Positions 58,736 to 64,000 of a stretch of DNA of 64,000 nt are shown in pieces (the stretch's first letter is position 1; the number at the start of each line of letters is the position of its first letter). The stretch is taken from NCBI GenBank assembly GCA_049972095.1, contig JBMFKQ010000003.1, positions 23,613-87,612 on the forward strand, written 5' to 3'. The translations under genes were made by a program, and so were the position numbers. This stretch comes from Elusimicrobiales bacterium (GTDB taxonomy: Bacteria; Elusimicrobiota; Elusimicrobia; Elusimicrobiales; UBA9959). Below the pieces are notes generated by a model. The model searched no databases. It had not been told where the DNA came from and worked only from the letters and a program-made list of their open reading frames with translations.

Positions 58736-60079
58736 ATGAAACTTGATATAAAACCAGACGAACTTGCAAAAATAATTGAAGGAGATCTGATTCATCTTTC
58801 ATCAAAAAAAATGATAACTAAATTCTCCACAGATACACGAACCCTCAAAAAAGGAGATATCTTTTGGGCACTTAAAGGAAAAAACTTCGATGGCAATGAT
58901 TTTGTTAATGAGGCGATAAACAAAGGAGCAATAGGTATAATATCATCCCGTAAATCAGATCTATATCACAAAACTGATTTTTACATACTCTGTAAAGACA
59001 CTCTTCAGGCGCTTCATAAACTTACAGAGTATCATTTTTCAAGATTTAAAATAAAAACAATCTCAGTTACAGGTTCTAATGGCAAAACAACGACAAAAGA
59101 GATGATAAAAAATCTTCTATCAGCCTTTGCTCCAACCGTATCAAATCTTGGAAATTTTAATAATGAATATGGTCTTCCACTTTCTGTTCTTGAAACAGAA
59201 AAAAAGCATAAATATGCAGTTTTTGAAATTGGCTCTTCTTCGTGTGGTGAGATACAAAAGCTTTCAAAGTTAATAAAACCAGATATAGCAGTGATAACAA
59301 CTATTGCTGTTGAACATATGGAGTTTTTTAAGAATATAAAAAATGTTTTCAAAGAGGAAACCTCAGTTATTAAAAACCTAAAAAAAGACGGCATAATAAT
59401 AATAAATGGAGACAATATCTATCTTAGAAGATTAAAACAAAGCAGGAAAGATATAATATCGTTTGGTTATCAAGCTCATAATGATCTTATTATAAAGGAT
59501 GAAGAGAAATCTAAATTTTTTATCTACAAATCAAAAAAATACAGAATAAAACTAAAACATAATATATCACATAGCTACCTTAATGCCGCTGCTGCCTTTA
59601 TTGTTTTAGATGTTTTAGGTTTATCCCTTTCAAAATCAATTAGAATACTTGAAAGATTTGAGGGTGTTCCAATGAGGATGCAGATGATTAAAAGGAGAAA
59701 CTCTATTTTAATATTTGATGCATATAACGCAAATCCACAATCAATGAAATATGCTCTTATTGAAATATCAAAGATGAGACCATTTGCAGTAGTGCTTGGT
59801 GATATGAAAGAGCTTGGAAGTTATTCATTAAAAGAACATATAAACGCAGCAAAGCTTATTGAAAAAATAGAACCAGAATATACATTTCTCATAGGGCATG
59901 AAATAAAGCCTGCTTATGACTATCTAAAAGACAGGATTAAAAATATAAAATATTATAATAACACAGAGGATGCTGTTGATGAAGTAAAAAGATTTATTGA
60001 TTCAAATAAAGAGCTTAACATTCTTATCAAAGCATCTAGGTCTATGAGATTTGAGAGATTTGTTGATCTTAAACATTAA
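58736..60079 (+). CDS. murF: UDP-MurNAc-pentapeptide synthetase
   Basis: TGSNGKTTTKE, NFNN.YGLP, DAYNANP.SM, KASR. Confidence 0.96.
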   Translation: MKLDIKPDELAKIIEGDLIHLSSKKMITKFSTDTRTLKKGDIFWALKGKNFDGNDFVNEAINKGAIGIISSRKSDLYHKTDFYILCKDTLQALHKLTEYHFSRFKIKTISVTGSNGKTTTKEMIKNLLSAFAPTVSNLGNFNNEYGLPLSVLETEKKHKYAVFEIGSSSCGEIQKLSKLIKPDIAVITTIAVEHMEFFKNIKNVFKEETSVIKNLKKDGIIIINGDNIYLRRLKQSRKDIISFGYQAHNDLIIKDEEKSKFFIYKSKKYRIKLKHNISHSYLNAAAAFIVLDVLGLSLSKSIRILERFEGVPMRMQMIKRRNSILIFDAYNANPQSMKYALIEISKMRPFAVVLGDMKELGSYSLKEHINAAKLIEKIEPEYTFLIGHEIKPAYDYLKDRIKNIKYYNNTEDAVDEVKRFIDSNKELNILIKASRSMRFERFVDLKH

Positions 60080-60091
60080 AAAGGAGTTTAA

Positions 60092-61177
60092 ATGCTTTAC
60101 TATCTTCATGAGTTAAAAGATGTATTTTCCCCCTTTAACCTTTTTTATTACATCTCTGTAAGGTTAAGTGCCGCAATAATGACCTCTTTTTTTATAGCAA
60201 TAATAGCAGCACCATATATAATAAATAAACTCAAAGCCCATAAGATTCAACAGATACAAAGAATGGATGGTCCTAAAACACACCTCTCAAAAAGTGGAAC
60301 TCCAACAATGGGAGGGATAATAATATTCATATCAATAATTTTATCAACTATCTTATGGGCAAGAGTTGATAACAGATTTACAATACTTCTTCTGATATCA
60401 ACATCTATACTTGCTTTTTGTGGCTGGCTTGATGACTACACTAAACTGATTAAAAAAGACCCTCGTGGAGCACCAAGCTGGATAAAATTTCTCTTGCAGA
60501 TTATAACATCACTAATAGTTGTGTGCTATCTTGCGATAAATCCACCATCACCGCAATACCAAACTCACCTTTTAATCCCTTATACCAAAAATCTCATAAT
60601 AAATCTTGGAGTTTTTTATTTTTTCTTTGAGATGCTTGTTATAATTGGCTCATCCAATGCAGTAAATCTAAGTGATGGACAGGATGGACTTGCAGCAGGA
60701 CTCATAATATTTTCAGCCCTTACCTTTATAATAATGGCATACTGTGCAGGAAACATAAAATGGGCAACTTATTTAAAACTTATATATGTTGAAGGTGCAG
60801 GTGAGATTTCTATATTTTTAGGTTCAATGGTTGGAGCATGTCTCGGTTTTCTATGGTACAATGCATATCCAGCAGAGGTATTTATGGGAGATACAAGCTC
60901 ACTTTTTCTTGGCGGCACCATTGGGATATCTGCAATAATGATAAAACATGAGCTTCTGCTTCCAATTGCCGGAGGGATGTTTGTAGTAGAAACACTTTCA
61001 GTCATAATACAGATGTTTTCATATAAATACAGAAACAAAAAAAGAGTTTTTTTGATGGCACCAATTCATCATCACTTTGAGCTTAAGGGTATAGCAGAGC
61101 CAAAAATAACAGTGAGATTTTGGATATGCGCAATAATACTTATGCTTATAGCACTATCCTCATTAAAGATAAGATGA
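60092..61177 (+). CDS. mraY: Phospho-N-acetylmuramoyl-pentapeptide transferase
   Basis: GTPTMGG, DD..K, NAVNL.DG.DGL, FMGD, MAPIHHHFE. Confidence 0.98.
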   Translation: MLYYLHELKDVFSPFNLFYYISVRLSAAIMTSFFIAIIAAPYIINKLKAHKIQQIQRMDGPKTHLSKSGTPTMGGIIIFISIILSTILWARVDNRFTILLLISTSILAFCGWLDDYTKLIKKDPRGAPSWIKFLLQIITSLIVVCYLAINPPSPQYQTHLLIPYTKNLIINLGVFYFFFEMLVIIGSSNAVNLSDGQDGLAAGLIIFSALTFIIMAYCAGNIKWATYLKLIYVEGAGEISIFLGSMVGACLGFLWYNAYPAEVFMGDTSSLFLGGTIGISAIMIKHELLLPIAGGMFVVETLSVIIQMFSYKYRNKKRVFLMAPIHHHFELKGIAEPKITVRFWICAIILMLIALSSLKIR

Positions 61178-61184
61178 GATAAAA

Positions 61185-62558
61185 ATGAGACAAAAAAGCA
61201 AAGAACCTACTTTATCTCATACATCTTTTAATCATAGCCTTTTTAAGGATAAAAAATGTTTAATAATTGGTGCAGGAAAAAGTGGGATATGGTGCGCAAA
61301 ACTTCTTAAAAAAAAACTTACCAAATTCATAACCCTATCTGATAAAAAAGAAATAAAAACAAATTTTTCTTTTATAAATGAAAAGGATATAGACAAAAAC
61401 CTTATAAAAACCATTGATTTTGCTGTAAAAAGCCCAGGAATAGAGCCTGAAAATCCTGTAATAAAACTTCTTAAGAAATTCTCAAAACCAATCTTTAGTG
61501 AGGTTGAAGTGGCTCTTTCTTTTTCAAAAACAAAAAACATCATAATGATAACCGGCACAAATGGTAAAAGCACAACATCTTATCTTACTCATCTTATAAT
61601 AAACGAACATTTTAAAAAAAACAATAAAAAATCAATTCTCTGCGGAAACATTGGAAATCCAATATCAAAAGAGATTTTGAAAGCAAAAAAAGATGACTTT
61701 CTTGTAATTGAAATATCAAGCTATCAGCTTGAAGATTCAAACTACATTAAACCAAAAATTGGTGTTATACTCAATATAACACCAGACCATATAGAACATC
61801 ATAAAAGTATGGAAAATTATATAAAAGCAAAGTTTAAAATATTTTCATTTATGGATGAAAACTCTACACTCATAATAAATTTTGATGATCCTGTGCTTGC
61901 AAGAATCAAAGAAAAAGGATTTAAATTATTAAGATTTTCAACAAAAAACAAAAATGCTGATGCCTTTTTTTCAAAAAAAACTAAAAGAATAATAACAAAA
62001 AACAACTGGAAGCTTAAAACTGCACACATACCAGGCGAGCATAATATCTACAACCAAATGGCATCAGTTCTTGTAGCAATGGTATGTGGCATAGATAAAA
62101 AAACTATTGAGTCAGTTTTTTCATCCTTTAAAGGGCTTGAGCATAGAATAGAATTTGTAAGGGAAATAAATGGAGTAAAATATTATAATGATTCAAAAGC
62201 CACAAATGTTGATTCAACCCTTGTATGCTTGAGATCTCTTGGTAAAAAAAAGAATATACACCTCATACTTGGAGGGGTTCATAAAAACTCACCATACAAA
62301 CCACTTATACCTCTGATTAAAAGGTATGTAAAAAAAATATATACAGTTGGGTCATCCCAAGATATTATAAAAAAAGAGCTTTGCGGCACTGCTCCTATAA
62401 TACCAGCAGGAACAGTTAAAAAAGCTGTTGAACTAACCTCAAATTCAGCAGTTAGAGGTGATATTGTTCTTTTATCACCAGCATGTGCATCCCTTGATCA
62501 ATTCAAAAACTTTGAAGAAAGGGGAAGGAAGTTTAAAAGCTATGTAAAAAAATTATGA
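61185..62558 (+). CDS. murD: UDP-MurNAc-L-Ala--D-glutamate ligase
   Basis: GAGKSG, TGTNGKST, EISSYQL, NDSKATN, SPACAS.DQF. Confidence 0.97.
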   Translation: MRQKSKEPTLSHTSFNHSLFKDKKCLIIGAGKSGIWCAKLLKKKLTKFITLSDKKEIKTNFSFINEKDIDKNLIKTIDFAVKSPGIEPENPVIKLLKKFSKPIFSEVEVALSFSKTKNIIMITGTNGKSTTSYLTHLIINEHFKKNNKKSILCGNIGNPISKEILKAKKDDFLVIEISSYQLEDSNYIKPKIGVILNITPDHIEHHKSMENYIKAKFKIFSFMDENSTLIINFDDPVLARIKEKGFKLLRFSTKNKNADAFFSKKTKRIITKNNWKLKTAHIPGEHNIYNQMASVLVAMVCGIDKKTIESVFSSFKGLEHRIEFVREINGVKYYNDSKATNVDSTLVCLRSLGKKKNIHLILGGVHKNSPYKPLIPLIKRYVKKIYTVGSSQDIIKKELCGTAPIIPAGTVKKAVELTSNSAVRGDIVLLSPACASLDQFKNFEERGRKFKSYVKKL

Positions 62559-63676
62559 AGTTTTTAAGAAAAAAAATTTTCATATCATCGATTGACATAA
62601 GACTCTTTGACAGATCTCTTTTTGTAATAACTATAATACTGATTATAATTGGCTTGACATTTCTCTGCTCGTCAAGCTCTGCAATATCCATATCAAGATA
62701 TCACAACGCATATGTTATATTTCTAAAACAGCTTATATGGACAGCCATTGCTTTTATAATTATGATTTACTTCTCTATATACAACCTTGAAAAATTAAGA
62801 AAAAAGATACCATATATGATGATTCTCATAATACTGCTTCTTATCATAACACTTTTTATGCCACCAATACAAAACACAAGAAGATGGATACCACTGAAAA
62901 TGATAAATCTTCAAACATCAGAGTTTGCCAAAATCGCTATCCTTCTATATCTTAGTCATTTCATTGACAAATATTATTCAAAAATAAACAACATAAAAAT
63001 ACTTCTCAAACCTGCAATTGTTATTTCAATAATTCTGATTCTAATCGCATTTGAACCGGATCTTGGAACGCCGATCTTGATACTCATCACCTCCCTTACA
63101 GTTTTTTTTATTTCGGGTATAAGAATATCACATATCCTGATGCCAGTTATAATAGCACTTCCACTTTTGATAATAGAAATAACAAGACATCCTTACAGAA
63201 AAGACAGAATAGAGGCTTTTCTAAATCCGTGGCTTGATCCATCAGGAAAGTCTTTTCAGCTTGTCCAATCGCTTGCTGCAATAGGAAGTGGTTGGTGGTT
63301 TGGTAAAGGGCCTGGAAATTCAATAATGAAACTCAGATATCTTCCAGAAACCCACACCGATTTCATATTTCCAATAATAGCGGAGGAAACAGGCTTCATA
63401 GGAGTAGTGGTAATCATAATACTATTTCTGCTTTTTTTCTTAAGAACACTTGTCATATCAAAAAGGGCTTCATCTCTTTTTTTAACCACTCTTGCATTCT
63501 CATGTGGTTTTATGATAACATTTCAAGCACTTTTCAATATAGCAATGAGTGCTGGGCTTTTACCAACAAAAGGACTTCCACTTCCCTTCTTTTCATACGG
63601 TGGCTCATCAATAATAGCAAATATGATAATGGTCGGATTTATCTTAAATACCTCAATGAGAAGAAAAAAGATATAA
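62555..63676 (+). CDS. ftsW: SEDS peptidoglycan polymerase FtsW
   Basis: RWI..Q.SEF.K, EPDLGT, LPE.HTDFIF, KGLPLPF.SYGGSS. Confidence 0.96.
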   Translation: MKFLRKKIFISSIDIRLFDRSLFVITIILIIIGLTFLCSSSSAISISRYHNAYVIFLKQLIWTAIAFIIMIYFSIYNLEKLRKKIPYMMILIILLLIITLFMPPIQNTRRWIPLKMINLQTSEFAKIAILLYLSHFIDKYYSKINNIKILLKPAIVISIILILIAFEPDLGTPILILITSLTVFFISGIRISHILMPVIIALPLLIIEITRHPYRKDRIEAFLNPWLDPSGKSFQLVQSLAAIGSGWWFGKGPGNSIMKLRYLPETHTDFIFPIIAEETGFIGVVVIIILFLLFFLRTLVISKRASSLFLTTLAFSCGFMITFQALFNIAMSAGLLPTKGLPLPFFSYGGSSIIANMIMVGFILNTSMRRKKI

Positions 63677-63919
63677 TAAACATAGTCTTTGAGGAAGGGT
63701 ATGGATAAGGGATGTGATTTATTAAAGTGTTAGCATAGTATTGACCTGTTATAATCAATGCTGTTATAATAGAGCACTATTCGATTTGATTTGGGGTGAA
63801 CGGGATTTTTGAGAAATATGGTAATATTGTAAAATAATTTTAATGAGGTTTATGTTTTTTATAGAAATAAAAACAGGTTTAAAAAAAAGGAGTCAACTAT
63901 TTAAAATAAAATGAGCAAT

Positions 63920-64000
63920 TCATTTAAAAGCTCTATTTTCATTAAGCAACGCATAGATAGTCCTCAAGAGTTTAGTAGATGTAGCGATCACTGCTTCTTT
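63920..64000 (-). mobile_element. C-terminal tail of a probable IS110-family transposase/recombinase (continues beyond the window)
   Basis: Minus-strand frame open from the window edge: KEAVIATSTKLLRTIYALLNENRAFK*, matching the IS110 C-terminal A.xA.ARKL.R.IYA.L pattern; TTGACT 23 nt after the stop. Confidence 0.65.

Noticed and set aside
63793..63813. GGGGTGAACGGG as a tmRNA or tRNA 5' end
   Set aside because: No TCGA motif, acceptor-stem partner or T arm found downstream.
1..64000. Numerous 60-146 aa antisense or alternate-frame ORFs in the track; CRISPR arrays; rRNA; alternative genetic code
   Set aside because: The short ORFs lie inside well-supported genes and lack motifs. No repeat-spacer array or rRNA sequence was seen. 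Conserved genes end normally at TAA, TAG and TGA.

Overview
AT-rich (about 30% GC by eye) bacterial core-genome window. The gene content and divergence suggest a deep-branching diderm, possibly Elusimicrobiota; this is inference only. In order: the 3' part of a complex I operon (nuoF-N); a heavily eroded ribBA pseudogene; a large GT-C-like membrane protein; a coupled purB-purA(short, archaeal-type)-etfB-etfA unit and a malic enzyme; tRNA-Met(CAT)-greA-PilB/GspE ATPase-aspartokinase; rimP-nusA-infB-rbfA-nrnA-truB-ribF on the minus strand; rpsB-tsf-pyrH-gmhA-frr-uppS-cdsA-dxr-rseP-ispG-proS-nitrilase on the minus strand; nadE; recO-glyQ-glyS; rpmH-rnpA-yidD-yidC-jag-mnmE-mnmG-rsmG with no dnaA or parAB; and a dcw cluster from mraZ to ftsW. 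Items absent from the ORF track and found by manual reading: rpmH, the tRNA, the ribBA relic, a 46-codon ORF with a strong SD inside the dcw cluster, and the C-terminal tail of a probable IS110-family recombinase at the right edge. Several genes appear leaderless. No CRISPR array, rRNA or prophage was seen. Product calls rest on motif recognition; no database searches were run.
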